Positions 1 through 12,598 of a stretch of 64,000 nucleotides of DNA are shown here, piece after piece; position 1 is the stretch's first letter; the number at the start of each line of letters is the position of its first letter. The notes beneath the pieces were generated by a model. The model had not been told where the DNA came from. It saw only the letters and a list, made by a program, of their open reading frames with translations, and did no database searches. Position numbers and translations under genes: made by a program. The stretch is from Acidimicrobiales bacterium (GTDB lineage: Bacteria > Actinomycetota > Acidimicrobiia > Acidimicrobiales > Bog-793): assembly GCA_050015475.1 (NCBI GenBank), contig JBEKBI010000010.1:11455-75454 (forward strand). Direction: 5' to 3'.

Positions 1-3170
<3,170 letters not shown>

Positions 3171-3180
3171 GCGTCGCCCA

Positions 3181-4146
3181 ATGGTCCCGCGGGCCGTACT
3201 GAGTCGGGACGCCGAGGAATTCCTCTCCTATCTGAGCGTTGAGCGCGGCCGAGCGCCGGCTTCGATCTCGGCGTATAGACGTGACCTCATCGCGTACGAG
3301 ACCTTCCTCGCCGAGCGTGGCATGACCGTCATGGAAGCCGACGTTTTAGTCGTCGAGGCCTACGTGGCCCTCCTCGGCGAGACGCGCCGGCCCACCTCGA
3401 CAGCCCGTGCCCTGGCGGCTGTGCGCGGCCTGCATCGGTTCTGCGTGGACGAGCGCGGCGCGGCGTCCGATCCCACTGAGGGCGTGTCGACGCCCCGCAT
3501 CCCCCAGGCGATCCCGAAGGCCCTCTCCGAGGCCGAGATCGAGCTGCTCCTTTCCGCGGTGATCGGTGAGGACGAGAAGGCGCTTCGGGACCGGGCGATC
3601 CTCGAGACCCTCTACGCCACGGGCATGCGGATCTCGGAGTTGGCGGGGTTGCGACTCGGGGACCTCGACTTGGGGAGAGGCCTCGCCGTCGCCTACGGGA
3701 AGGGGTCCAAAGAGCGCCTCGTCCCGATCGGGAGGCAGGCGATCTCGGCCCTCGAGGCGTGGCTCGGCCCACGAGGGCGTCCTGTGATGGCGCCGGTGAG
3801 ATGGGCGAGGCGTGTGGACGCCGAGGCGGTGTTCATCTCGACCCGAGGCAGGAGGATGTCGCGACAGGCCGTCTGGCAGGTCGTGAGGACCGCGGCGCTG
3901 AAGGTCAAGCTCGAGGACCGGGTCTCACCACACGTTCTGCGTCACTCGTGTGCCACGCATCTGCTCGAGCACGGCGCCGACATCCGTGTCGTGCAGGAGC
4001 TGTTGGGGCACGCCACCATCACCACAACCCAGGTGTACACGAAAGTATCGCCTGAGCTGCTGCGACGAGTCTACGAGCAGGCCCATCCAAGAGCGACGGC
4101 GACTCGCGGCGGAAGCGCCCCTAATGACCCGGTGAATTCGGGGTGA
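3181..4146 (+). CDS. xerD: Tyrosine site-specific recombinase XerD
   Basis: Phage-integrase SAM-like N-domain. Catalytic region ATGMRISEL ... HVLRHSCATHLLEHGADIRVVQELLGHATITTTQVYT. Synteny pyrG-nudix-xerD. Confidence 0.9.
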   Translation: MVPRAVLSRDAEEFLSYLSVERGRAPASISAYRRDLIAYETFLAERGMTVMEADVLVVEAYVALLGETRRPTSTARALAAVRGLHRFCVDERGAASDPTEGVSTPRIPQAIPKALSEAEIELLLSAVIGEDEKALRDRAILETLYATGMRISELAGLRLGDLDLGRGLAVAYGKGSKERLVPIGRQAISALEAWLGPRGRPVMAPVRWARRVDAEAVFISTRGRRMSRQAVWQVVRTAALKVKLEDRVSPHVLRHSCATHLLEHGADIRVVQELLGHATITTTQVYTKVSPELLRRVYEQAHPRATATRGGSAPNDPVNSG

Positions 4147-4264
4147 ATGTCGTCGACGCCCAGATCCTGCTCGGTCGCCCGGGTCCGGTCACCCAGGCGG
4201 TCTGCGCGAGGCGCCACAAGGACTTGTGAGCCGCGACCGGTCCCGCTGGGGCTAGTGTTACGCC

Positions 4265-4606
4265 GTGTCCAATCAAGCAAATGTCGTTGACTACCGCGCG
4301 CTTCTCATGGAGGAGCGCGGATCTCTTCTGCACCAGTTGCAAGAGATCGGTTTCGGCGAGGACGGCACGCTGACTTACGACCAGAACTTCGCGGACTCCT
4401 CCCAAGTCACAGCGGAACGCGGTGAGGCCGAGGCGCTGGCCGCGCAGCTGCAGGAGTCTCTCGGGCACGTGGAGGCAGCGCTGCGAAAGCTCGACGAGGG
4501 CACCTACGGCAACTGCGAGCACTGTGGCAAGCCGATCGCTCCCGCCCGTCTCGAAGCCCAGCCGGCCACGACCCTCTGCATCGACTGCGCCTCGGCTCGA
4601 CGTTGA
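4265..4606 (+). CDS. DksA/TraR family C4-type zinc-finger protein
   Basis: C-terminal CEHCGKPIAPARLEAQPATTLCIDC (CxxC-N17-CxxC) preceded by a coiled-coil segment. GTG start. Confidence 0.8.
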   Translation: MSNQANVVDYRALLMEERGSLLHQLQEIGFGEDGTLTYDQNFADSSQVTAERGEAEALAAQLQESLGHVEAALRKLDEGTYGNCEHCGKPIAPARLEAQPATTLCIDCASARR

Positions 4607-5382
4607 GCGTTGGGGCGCGTTGGCGCGCTCTCAAGTCGAATCGGCGCTTACCGACCTACGTCATCTTCGCCGCCATCGGGGCGCTTCTGATCGCGCTCGT
4701 GGTCCGGCGCCACATCGTCAGCGAGTACACGATCGTCCTCGTGGTGGTCTTCGTGCCCGCCGTGATCTGCCACGAGGTGAGTCACGGTCTTGTCGCGCTC
4801 TGGTGCGGTGACGACACAGCCAAGCGGGCCGGACGGCTCACTGTCAACCCACTGAAACACATCGATCCGGTGGGCTCCATCCTGGTTCCTCTCGTGCTCG
4901 TGTTGACCACCGGATCCATCTTCGGTTGGGCAAAGCCGGTCCCGGTGGCGGTCAACAGGCTGCGCCACCCCAGGAACCAGTCGGTGCTCGTTTCCCTGGC
5001 GGGCCCGGCCACCAACCTGATCCTGGCCTCGATTGCAGGGCTCACCTTTCACGAGCTGGTTGTGCACGTGTGGACCCCGCCCTTGTATTGCTCCTTTTAT
5101 GTCTGCACTTTCAACCCGGCGAACTTCGCACTCGTAGAACAGATCGTCTTCTACTTCGGGTTCGTCAACATCATCCTGGCCTTGTTCAACTTGATACCGA
5201 TTCCGCCCCTCGACGGCTCCGCGTTGGTCGAACGACTGATTCCGGCGTCGGCGTTGCCCGGCTACTACCGGATGCGCATGTGGTTCCTGATAGTGGTTCT
5301 CGCTTTTGTGTTCATCTTCAACACTGAGCTCGGGAACGTGTTCGTCAATATCGAGACGTGGTTCTTCAGGGTCTGTCGCTGA
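4603..5382 (+). CDS. Site-2 protease family (M50) membrane metalloprotease
   Basis: HEVSHG (HExxH) inside a TM helix, multiple TM segments, NLIPIPPLDG motif. TTGA overlap with the upstream stop. Confidence 0.85.
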   Translation: MSVGARWRALKSNRRLPTYVIFAAIGALLIALVVRRHIVSEYTIVLVVVFVPAVICHEVSHGLVALWCGDDTAKRAGRLTVNPLKHIDPVGSILVPLVLVLTTGSIFGWAKPVPVAVNRLRHPRNQSVLVSLAGPATNLILASIAGLTFHELVVHVWTPPLYCSFYVCTFNPANFALVEQIVFYFGFVNIILALFNLIPIPPLDGSALVERLIPASALPGYYRMRMWFLIVVLAFVFIFNTELGNVFVNIETWFFRVCR

Positions 5383-5416
5383 GACAAGAGGCGGCCCGTC
5401 GGCCGCCGGGGTGCCG

Positions 5417-6397
5417 CTACGGGGCGAGCAGGCCGATCGCCTCGCGGGCACGCGCCAAGGTCTTGGACGCTGTCGCTCCGGCCTTTAGGGCGCCTTTGTT
5501 CAGCAAACTCAAGATGCCGGCCGGATCCGACGTGATCTCCAAGTAGCGCTCCCGCACGGGTGTGAGAACTTCGACCAGCAATTCAGCGAGATCGGCCTTG
5601 AAAGGTCCGTAGCGGTCGTAGGAAGCGGTGACTTCGGCGGGGGAGCGATCCGACGCGGCTGCGAAGAGCTCTATCAGATTGGACAATCCCGGCTTGTGCT
5701 CTGGGTCGTAGTACATCTGGGAGTCGTTGTCCGTCATGGCCTTGCGGATCTTCTGACGGATCGCCTGGGCATCATCGAGGAGATCGATGGTGCCGAGCGG
5801 AGAGCTGACCGACTTCGACATCTTGCGGTCCGGATGTTGCAGATCCATCACCCTCGCTGCGAGCTTGGGCACGACGGCTTCGGGCACGACGAAGGTGTCG
5901 CCGTAACGGCCGTTGAAGCGAATGGCAAGGGTGCGGGCGAGCTCCAGGTGCTGGCGTTGATCGTCTCCGACGGGCACCTTGTCCGTGTCGTACAACAAGA
6001 TATCGGCCGCCATGAGCACCGGATAGGCGAAAAGGCCGGCGCTGACGGAGTCTTTGCCCTCAGCCTTCTCCTTGAACTGCGTCATACGGTTGAGCTCGCC
6101 GAAGGTGGCGGTGCACTCGAGCAGCCAACTGAGCCCGGTGTGCTCGGGGACGTGGCTTTGCGCAAAGACTGTGCAGACTTCAGGATCGAGACCACTGGCG
6201 AAAAGCCATGCCGCCGTGTCTAGGGTCCGACTGCGAAGCTGCGCCGGGTCCTGCTCGACGGTGAGCGCGTGCAGGTCGACGACGCAGAACAGCGAGTCGG
6301 CCAGGTGCTGGTCTGCAACCCACTGGCGAAAGGCGCCGAAGTAGTTCCCGATGTGCGGCGCGCCGGAAGACTGCACGCCTGAGAACACCCGATCCAT
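5417..6397 (-). CDS. trpS: Tryptophan--tRNA ligase
   Basis: Class I signatures GAPHIGNYFGA (HIGH-like) and KMSKS. The start is placed at the internal ATG (MDRVFSGVQSSG) rather than the ORF-track start at 6556. Confidence 0.92.
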   Translation of the reverse strand: MDRVFSGVQSSGAPHIGNYFGAFRQWVADQHLADSLFCVVDLHALTVEQDPAQLRSRTLDTAAWLFASGLDPEVCTVFAQSHVPEHTGLSWLLECTATFGELNRMTQFKEKAEGKDSVSAGLFAYPVLMAADILLYDTDKVPVGDDQRQHLELARTLAIRFNGRYGDTFVVPEAVVPKLAARVMDLQHPDRKMSKSVSSPLGTIDLLDDAQAIRQKIRKAMTDNDSQMYYDPEHKPGLSNLIELFAAASDRSPAEVTASYDRYGPFKADLAELLVEVLTPVRERYLEITSDPAGILSLLNKGALKAGATASKTLARAREAIGLLAP

Positions 6398-6494
6398 CGC
6401 GAGCAGGATACTTGGGCGGCGCCCGAAGGGCGGGAACTTCAGGATCTGTCGGGTATCCGACCGTTTCGCGCGTTCGGCCAGTAACCTCGTTTTC

Positions 6495-7328
6495 GTGGCA
6501 TACAAGGTCCACACCGACGTCTTCGAAGGCCCCTTCGACCTGTTGCTCCGGCTCATAACCGAGCAGCGGGTCGATCTCTATGAGGTGGCTCTGTCTGAGA
6601 TCGTGGACGCCTTCCTGGCCGAGGTGGAAGAGATGCAGCGGCTCGATCTCGAGGTCGCGACTGAGTTTCTCGTGATCGCCTCGACCCTCGTCGAGCTCAA
6701 GTGCCGAAGGCTGCTCCCCGGCCGGGAGGAGTCCGACGAGGACACCCTGGCCCTCCTGGAGGAGAGGGACTACCTCTTGGCCCGCCTCGTCGAGTGCACG
6801 ACCTTCTCCGCCGCCGGAGGCGAACTTGCCCTGGCGGAGCTGGCCGCCTCGAAGTCATGGCCGCGTCTTGCCGGACCGGAAGAGCGCTTCCAGGGATTGC
6901 AGCCGGATCTGCTCGCTCAGGTGAGCGTCGAGGACGTCTACGCAGCGGCGCAAAGGGCGCTGGCGACCAAGCCCGTGCCCCGCGTAGAGACCGACCATGT
7001 GCTCGTCGACGAGGTGACCGTGAGCGAGGTGGTGGCGGCCCTGTGCGATTCGCTCCCGATGAGCTCACCGACCACGTTCCGGGCTCTCACTTCTCGGGCC
7101 GGGTCGCGCATGGAGATCGTCGTCCATTTCCTCGGCCTCCTCGAGCTTTACAAGCAGGGCCTGGTGGATCTCGAGCAGACCGCCATCTTCGGTGAGCTCA
7201 CCGTGTTGTGGACCGGCCGGGACCGGTTGGCGGCATTAGAACCCGGAGACAGCGACGCGGTGCCGGTGCACGGCGCCTGGCGGAGCCCGGCGTCAGTGTC
7301 GCTCGTGGATCTCGACTACCACGGATGA
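6495..7328 (+). CDS. scpA: Segregation and condensation protein A
   Basis: VFEGPFDLLLRLI N-terminal kleisin motif, directly followed by scpB. GTG at 6495 chosen as start. Confidence 0.9.
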   Translation: MAYKVHTDVFEGPFDLLLRLITEQRVDLYEVALSEIVDAFLAEVEEMQRLDLEVATEFLVIASTLVELKCRRLLPGREESDEDTLALLEERDYLLARLVECTTFSAAGGELALAELAASKSWPRLAGPEERFQGLQPDLLAQVSVEDVYAAAQRALATKPVPRVETDHVLVDEVTVSEVVAALCDSLPMSSPTTFRALTSRAGSRMEIVVHFLGLLELYKQGLVDLEQTAIFGELTVLWTGRDRLAALEPGDSDAVPVHGAWRSPASVSLVDLDYHG

Positions 7329-7960
7329 CGATGGAAGATCCGGGCCTCGAGCCCGAGCACGCCGAGGACGCCGGCGAAGCGGGAGACACCGGGGCGCGCA
7401 CGGAGTCGGCGGCCATCGAGGCCGTGCTGACCGTGGCCACCGAGCCGGTTGCCTCCGGCATCTTGGCCGAGTTGTTGGAGCTGCCCGTTGAGGAGGTGGA
7501 GCGGCTCTGCAGAGAGCTGGCGGAGAGCTACGAGGCCGATGGGCGCGGCTTCACCCTGGCCAAGGTCGCCGGCGGTTACCGGTTCCAGAGCAGCGCGGCT
7601 TATTCGGCCTACGTGGAGCGCTTCGTGCTCGAGGGCGGCCCCCAAAAGCTCTCGGCGGCGGCGCTCGAGACCCTCGCCGTCGTGGCCTACAAGCAGCCGA
7701 TCTCCCGTTCGCAGATCTCCGCCATCCGCGGTGTGAACGTCGAGAGCGTGATGAGGATGCTGGTCGCGCGCGGATACGTGCAACCCGTCGGTCGCGACGA
7801 AGGCCCAGGGCAGTCGATCCTGTTCGGGACGACGTCGATGTTCCTGGAGCGCCTCGGGCTCGACTCGATAGACGACCTCCCGCCGCTGGCGGGTTTCGTC
7901 CCGCCCGCGGCGACCGTCGAAATGCTCGAGAACGTGCTCAGGGCCGAGCCGGGCGAGTGA
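7325..7960 (+). CDS. scpB: Segregation and condensation protein B
   Basis: Winged-helix ScpB motifs (IEAVLTVATEPV ..., QPISRSQISAIRGV). ATGA overlap with the scpA stop. Confidence 0.9.
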   Translation: MTMEDPGLEPEHAEDAGEAGDTGARTESAAIEAVLTVATEPVASGILAELLELPVEEVERLCRELAESYEADGRGFTLAKVAGGYRFQSSAAYSAYVERFVLEGGPQKLSAAALETLAVVAYKQPISRSQISAIRGVNVESVMRMLVARGYVQPVGRDEGPGQSILFGTTSMFLERLGLDSIDDLPPLAGFVPPAATVEMLENVLRAEPGE

Positions 7961-8691
7961 GCGAGGCCGAGGGCGAGCGGCTGCAAAAGGTCCTCGCCCG
8001 CGTCGGGTACGGCAGCCGGCGCTCCTGCGAGGAGCTGATCGCCGAGGGGCGGGTCACCGTAAACGGGGAGGTGGCGACACTCGGGCGGCGCGTCGAAGTC
8101 GAGACCGACCTCGTGGCCGTTGACGGAGCGCCGGTCGGTGTGCTCCCTGGCCTCGTGTACTACCTGCTCAACAAACCCGTAGGGGTCGTGACGACCGCGG
8201 AGGACCCGCAGGGGCGCCCGAGTGTCCTCGAGCTCGTGCCTACAACGCCTCGGGTGTTTCCCGTCGGGCGCCTCGATCTGCAGACCGAGGGGCTGCTGGT
8301 GCTCACCAACGACGGGACCTTCGCGCAACTGCTCGCGCACCCGCGCTTCGGCGTCGAGAAGGAATACCTGGCGGAGCTGCGAGGCGCGCCGAGCCCCGGA
8401 GCGCTCCGAGCCCTTCGCCAAGGTGTCGTGCTCGACGACGGGGAGAGGACCGCTCCGGCCCGCGTGGCGGCCGTCTCGCCCAACGTCGTCCGCGTCGTGA
8501 TCCACGAAGGTCGCAACCGGCAGGTGCGACGGATGTGCGACGCCATCGGGCACCCTGTGGTGCGGCTCGTGCGGACCAGGATCGGGCCGATCACCGACCG
8601 CTCTTTGCGACCGGGGACCCACAGGCCGCTCAAGGCCTCGGAGGTGCGCGCGCTCACCCAGGCCGCCTTGGGCTCGAGGCCAGTGAGATAG
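7957..8691 (+). CDS. rluB: Pseudouridine synthase, RsuA/RluB family
   Basis: S4 domain RLQKVLARVGYGSRRSCEELIAEGRVTVNG and catalytic GRLDLQTEGLLVLTNDG. GTGA overlap with scpB. Confidence 0.9.
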   Translation: MSEAEGERLQKVLARVGYGSRRSCEELIAEGRVTVNGEVATLGRRVEVETDLVAVDGAPVGVLPGLVYYLLNKPVGVVTTAEDPQGRPSVLELVPTTPRVFPVGRLDLQTEGLLVLTNDGTFAQLLAHPRFGVEKEYLAELRGAPSPGALRALRQGVVLDDGERTAPARVAAVSPNVVRVVIHEGRNRQVRRMCDAIGHPVVRLVRTRIGPITDRSLRPGTHRPLKASEVRALTQAALGSRPVR

Positions 8692-8706
8692 GTAGGCTCG
8701 GCGCCC

Positions 8707-9075
8707 ATGACACCGGTCCTGCGGGCCATCCGAGGAGCGACAACACTCGAGCGCGACAGCGTCGCCCAGGTCGACGAGCGGGTCCGGGCTCTCGTCACGA
8801 CGATGTTGGAGCGCAACCGGATCAAACATGACGACATCGTCTCGATCCTGTTCACGGCCACCGACGACATCGTCTCGATGTTCCCCGCCGCCGCGGCCCG
8901 TTCCCTCGGCCTCGGCGACGTGCCTTTGATGTGCGCCCGAGAGCTGGGCGTCGTCGACGCCAGACCGCTTTGTGTACGCGTCCTCATGCACTTTTACACC
9001 GAGGCTCCCAGGCAGGGGTTGCATCACGTCTACCTCGAGGGAGCACGCGGTCTCCGCGATGACCTCCCAGACTGA
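8707..9075 (+). CDS. aroH: Chorismate mutase, AroH class
   Basis: About 120 aa starting ...LRAIRGATTLERDS, typical of monofunctional AroH-type chorismate mutases. Next to prephenate dehydrogenase. Confidence 0.85.
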   Translation: MTPVLRAIRGATTLERDSVAQVDERVRALVTTMLERNRIKHDDIVSILFTATDDIVSMFPAAAARSLGLGDVPLMCARELGVVDARPLCVRVLMHFYTEAPRQGLHHVYLEGARGLRDDLPD

Positions 9076-10798
9076 GCTAGCCGCCTTGGAGCCGATGGTC
9101 GCCGAGTCGCGGGCGCAGGTAACGGGGCTGGGCCTCGTCGGCACCTCGATCGCGCTCGGCCTGCGAAGCCAGGGCTGGCACGTGACGGGCCACGACCTCG
9201 ACTCTACGCGGGCAGAGCGCGCCCTCGAGCTCGAGGCCGTCGACGAGCTCGGGGTGGACCACCGGGCGAGCGTCGCCTTCGTCGCCACCCCGGTCTCCGC
9301 CATCGTCCAAGAGGTGACGGCTCTCCTGGCCGAGGACGAGTCCGGCGGACTCGTCGTCACCGACGTGGGGGGTGTGAAAGGGCCGATCGTCTCGGAGATC
9401 TCGCATCCGCGCTTCGTCGGCGGCCATCCCATGGCCGGCTCGGAGCGGGAGGGTCCCGACGGGGCCGACGGGGAGTTGTTCGCCGGTGCCACTTGGGTGC
9501 TCACTCCCACCTCTGGCACGGACCCGGCCGCTTTCTCCAAGATCCAGTCGGTCATCGCGAGCCTCGGTGCGGACCTGGTCGCGCTTGCCCCGGATCGTCA
9601 CGACGAGCTCGTGGCCATGGTCTCCCACGTACCGCACCTGACGGCGGCCGCGCTGATGGGACTCGCGGCCGAGACGACCGATGCCAACACGGCCCTTTTG
9701 CGCCTCGCCGCGGGCGGCTTCAGGGATATGACGCGCATCGCGGCGGGCTCGCCCGCGATCTGGCCCGACATCTGCCGCGAGAACGCCCCTGCGATCGTGC
9801 CGGTTCTCGACGATCTCATAGCCCGGTTGAGTGACGTCCGGCGCATCGTCGCCGACGAGGACCGAGCGGGCCTGGAGCGGCTCTTGGACCACGCCCAGCT
9901 CGCCCGGTTGAACCTCCCCCCGCGGGCCTCGAGACCGGCGTCGGTGACCGAGCTGCACGTTCAGATACCGGACCGCCCGGGCGTGCTGGCCCAGGTGACG
10001 ACGATCTCAGGAGAGCTCGGGGTGAACATCGAAGACCTCGAGATCGTCCACTCACAGGACCGGCCGCTCGGCGTGCTCATCCTCACCGTGGCGACCGACG
10101 CCGCCGAGCGGGTCCGACGGGCGCTCGGGGAACACGGATTCGGACTGAGCCGCGCTGCGTCGCACCGGCCCGTGATCGCCATCGACGGGCCCGCCGGCGC
10201 CGGGAAGTCGACCGTGGCGGGCGAGGTGGCCCGCCGGCTGGGCCTCGAGCGCCTCGACACCGGCGCCATGTACCGCGCCGTCACCCTCGAGGTGCTCGAG
10301 CTCGGTGTGGACCCGCGCGACACCGAGGCCTGTGTGGCCGTCGCCCGCTCGATGGAGCTCAATGTCGGGGAGAGGGTCATGTTGAACGGGCGCGACGTGA
10401 CCGAGGCGATTCGAGCAGCCGAGGTGACCGAGGCCGTGTCGGTCGTCTCGGCCCAGCCCGAGGTGCGGGCGGAGCTCGTGGCGCGCCAGCGGGCCTGGGT
10501 GGCCGCCAAGGGCGGGGGAGTCATCGAAGGCCGTGACATCGGCAGCGTGGTGCTCCCCGACGCGGACCTGAAGGTATTTCTCACGGCGGACTCGGTCGAG
10601 CGGGCGCAAAGGCGCGCCGCCCAGGAGAAGGCCGGTCCGGAAGCCGTTCCTACGACGGCGGCGGCGATCCGGCGCCGGGACGACCTCGACTCGACGCGGG
10701 CGGTCTCACCGCTCGTCGCCGCCCCGGGTGCGCTCGTGATCGACTCGACCGGGCGAAGCGTCGAGTCCGTCGTCGAGGAGGTGATCTCGCAGCTTTGA
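9059..10798 (+). CDS. tyrA/cmk: Fusion protein: prephenate dehydrogenase (with ACT domain) + cytidylate kinase
   Basis: N-part: Rossmann GLGLVGTSIALGL, GGHPMAGSE, then ACT-like ELHVQIPDRPGVLAQVTTISGELGVNIEDLEI. C-part: VIAIDGPAGAGKSTVAG ... LDTGAMYRAV (Cmk). One uninterrupted frame with no stop between the halves. Confidence 0.85.
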   Translation: MTSQTELAALEPMVAESRAQVTGLGLVGTSIALGLRSQGWHVTGHDLDSTRAERALELEAVDELGVDHRASVAFVATPVSAIVQEVTALLAEDESGGLVVTDVGGVKGPIVSEISHPRFVGGHPMAGSEREGPDGADGELFAGATWVLTPTSGTDPAAFSKIQSVIASLGADLVALAPDRHDELVAMVSHVPHLTAAALMGLAAETTDANTALLRLAAGGFRDMTRIAAGSPAIWPDICRENAPAIVPVLDDLIARLSDVRRIVADEDRAGLERLLDHAQLARLNLPPRASRPASVTELHVQIPDRPGVLAQVTTISGELGVNIEDLEIVHSQDRPLGVLILTVATDAAERVRRALGEHGFGLSRAASHRPVIAIDGPAGAGKSTVAGEVARRLGLERLDTGAMYRAVTLEVLELGVDPRDTEACVAVARSMELNVGERVMLNGRDVTEAIRAAEVTEAVSVVSAQPEVRAELVARQRAWVAAKGGGVIEGRDIGSVVLPDADLKVFLTADSVERAQRRAAQEKAGPEAVPTTAAAIRRRDDLDSTRAVSPLVAAPGALVIDSTGRSVESVVEEVISQL

Positions 10799-11520
10799 CC
10801 AGACCCAGCGCCGTCGAGGCGCCGCCGTCGCGCCTCGACATCCTCATCTACAGGATCTGCTACTTCATCGCCGTCAACGTGGCCCGGCTGTATTTCCCGG
10901 GCACCGTGAAGGGTAGGGAGAATCTGCCTTCGAGCGGTGCGTACATCGTGGCGCCGGTTCACCGTTCCTACGTCGACTGGCTCATCGTCGCCCGGATCAC
11001 GACCAAACCGCGGCTCCGCTTCATCGTGAAGGAGGAGCTCTGGCGGTCCAAGCTCATCGGGCGGCTGCTCTACGCGTGCGGCGCCTTCCCTGTCAACCGC
11101 TCGGGTGCGGATCGCGAGGCGCTCGAGAAGTGCCAGGCCGTGCTCGCCGGCGGCGAACCGCTCGTCATGTTCCCGGAAGGGACGCGGCGACGCGGTCCCG
11201 AGGTCGCCGAGATCAGGGATGGTGTGGCCTACGTGTCGCTGAGGGCTCAGGTCCCGATAGTGCCCGTCGGCATTGGCGGCTCCGAGCGTGCCATGCCCCG
11301 CGGCTCGTCGCTCCCCAAGCCCACGCGGGTCAATATCGTGATCGGCCCTCCGCTTTCACCTGATGACCTCGTCGAACCGCTTCGGCCGAGCGAGGAGGGA
11401 GCCGATGGTCCCCCGCGGAGGCGGCGGGTCGGGCGGGTGGCGACCAACGAGCAGTCGGCGCGGGTGCGCGTAGGCGTCCAGCAGGCTTTTGACGCCGCCG
11501 AGGCGAGCCTTAGGCGTTGA
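10795..11520 (+). CDS. plsC: 1-acyl-sn-glycerol-3-phosphate acyltransferase
   Basis: HRSYVD (HX4D) and FPEGTR motifs. TTGA overlap with the cmk stop. Confidence 0.85.
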   Translation: MTRPSAVEAPPSRLDILIYRICYFIAVNVARLYFPGTVKGRENLPSSGAYIVAPVHRSYVDWLIVARITTKPRLRFIVKEELWRSKLIGRLLYACGAFPVNRSGADREALEKCQAVLAGGEPLVMFPEGTRRRGPEVAEIRDGVAYVSLRAQVPIVPVGIGGSERAMPRGSSLPKPTRVNIVIGPPLSPDDLVEPLRPSEEGADGPPRRRRVGRVATNEQSARVRVGVQQAFDAAEASLRR

Positions 11521-11588
11521 CTGGCGGGCCAGGAGGTCTGCCGGGGCGAGGCTGTCCGCTCAATGCGGCCGCCTGCTAACTTCCCGGC

Positions 11589-12539
11589 GTGGCCGAAACC
11601 GACGCTCGCAGGGTTCTTGTCACGGGCGGGGCCGGCTTTGTGGGCGCGACGCTCGTGAGGCGGCTTGTCGCCGGCGGCCGTGAGGTCCGCGTCCTGGACA
11701 ACTTGACAACTGGGGATACCGCCCACCTCGCAGGGGTCGACGTGTGCCTGATCGAGGGCGACATCCGGGACGCAGCCGTGGTCGACGAGGCGCTCGAAGG
11801 CATCGGGTCCATCGTGCACTTGGCGGCGTCGGGGTCGGTCGTCGGTTCCGTGGCCGATCCGCGCGGCAATTTCGACGTGAACGTGTTCGGCACCTTCCAG
11901 GTGCTCGACGCCGCCCGGCGGGCGGGCGTGGGGCGGGTGGTGCTCGCCTCGACAGGAGGGGCACTCATCGGTGACGCCGTGCCGCCCGTGAGCGAGCAGT
12001 CGCTCCCGAAGCCCATCTCGCCCTACGGGGCGAGCAAATTGGCGGGGGAGGGCTACGCCCACGCCTTCGCCTCCGCTTACGGGCTGCGCACCATTGCGCT
12101 CCGTTTCGCAAATGTCTATGGGCCCTTCAGCGCCCATAAGAAGGGCGCCATGACGACTTTCTTCCGGGCGATAGAAAAGGGAGAGCCGATCATCATCTAC
12201 GGAGACGGCAGGGCGTCGCGTGACTACACCCACGCCGACGACATCTGCCGGGCGCTCGAGCTCGGGCTCGAAGCCGACGTCCCGGGCGGGACCGTGCTCC
12301 ACATCGCCTCTGGTGTGGAGACGACCGTGAGCGAACTCGCCCGCTTGTGCTGCGAGGTCGCCGGCGTGCCCAAGCACCCGATCGAGTACCGGCCCAAGCG
12401 ACCCGGCGAGGTGGAACGCAACTTCGCCTCCTACGAAAAGGCCCGAGAGATGCTCGGCTATGGGCCGACGATCGCCTTGAAAGAGGGGATCGCGCTGACC
12501 TGGAAGTGGTTCCAGGAGGCGGTCTTCGGGACAGGCTGA
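11589..12539 (+). CDS. NAD-dependent epimerase/dehydratase (UDP-glucose 4-epimerase-like SDR)
   Basis: VLVTGGAGFVG Rossmann motif and PYGASK (YxxxK) catalytic motif. Confidence 0.85.
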   Translation: MAETDARRVLVTGGAGFVGATLVRRLVAGGREVRVLDNLTTGDTAHLAGVDVCLIEGDIRDAAVVDEALEGIGSIVHLAASGSVVGSVADPRGNFDVNVFGTFQVLDAARRAGVGRVVLASTGGALIGDAVPPVSEQSLPKPISPYGASKLAGEGYAHAFASAYGLRTIALRFANVYGPFSAHKKGAMTTFFRAIEKGEPIIIYGDGRASRDYTHADDICRALELGLEADVPGGTVLHIASGVETTVSELARLCCEVAGVPKHPIEYRPKRPGEVERNFASYEKAREMLGYGPTIALKEGIALTWKWFQEAVFGTG

Positions 12540-12598
12540 GCGGGGATCAAGGGCGGAATTCGCGCCCGACTGTACCGTCCAGACGGTATAGTCAGCGG

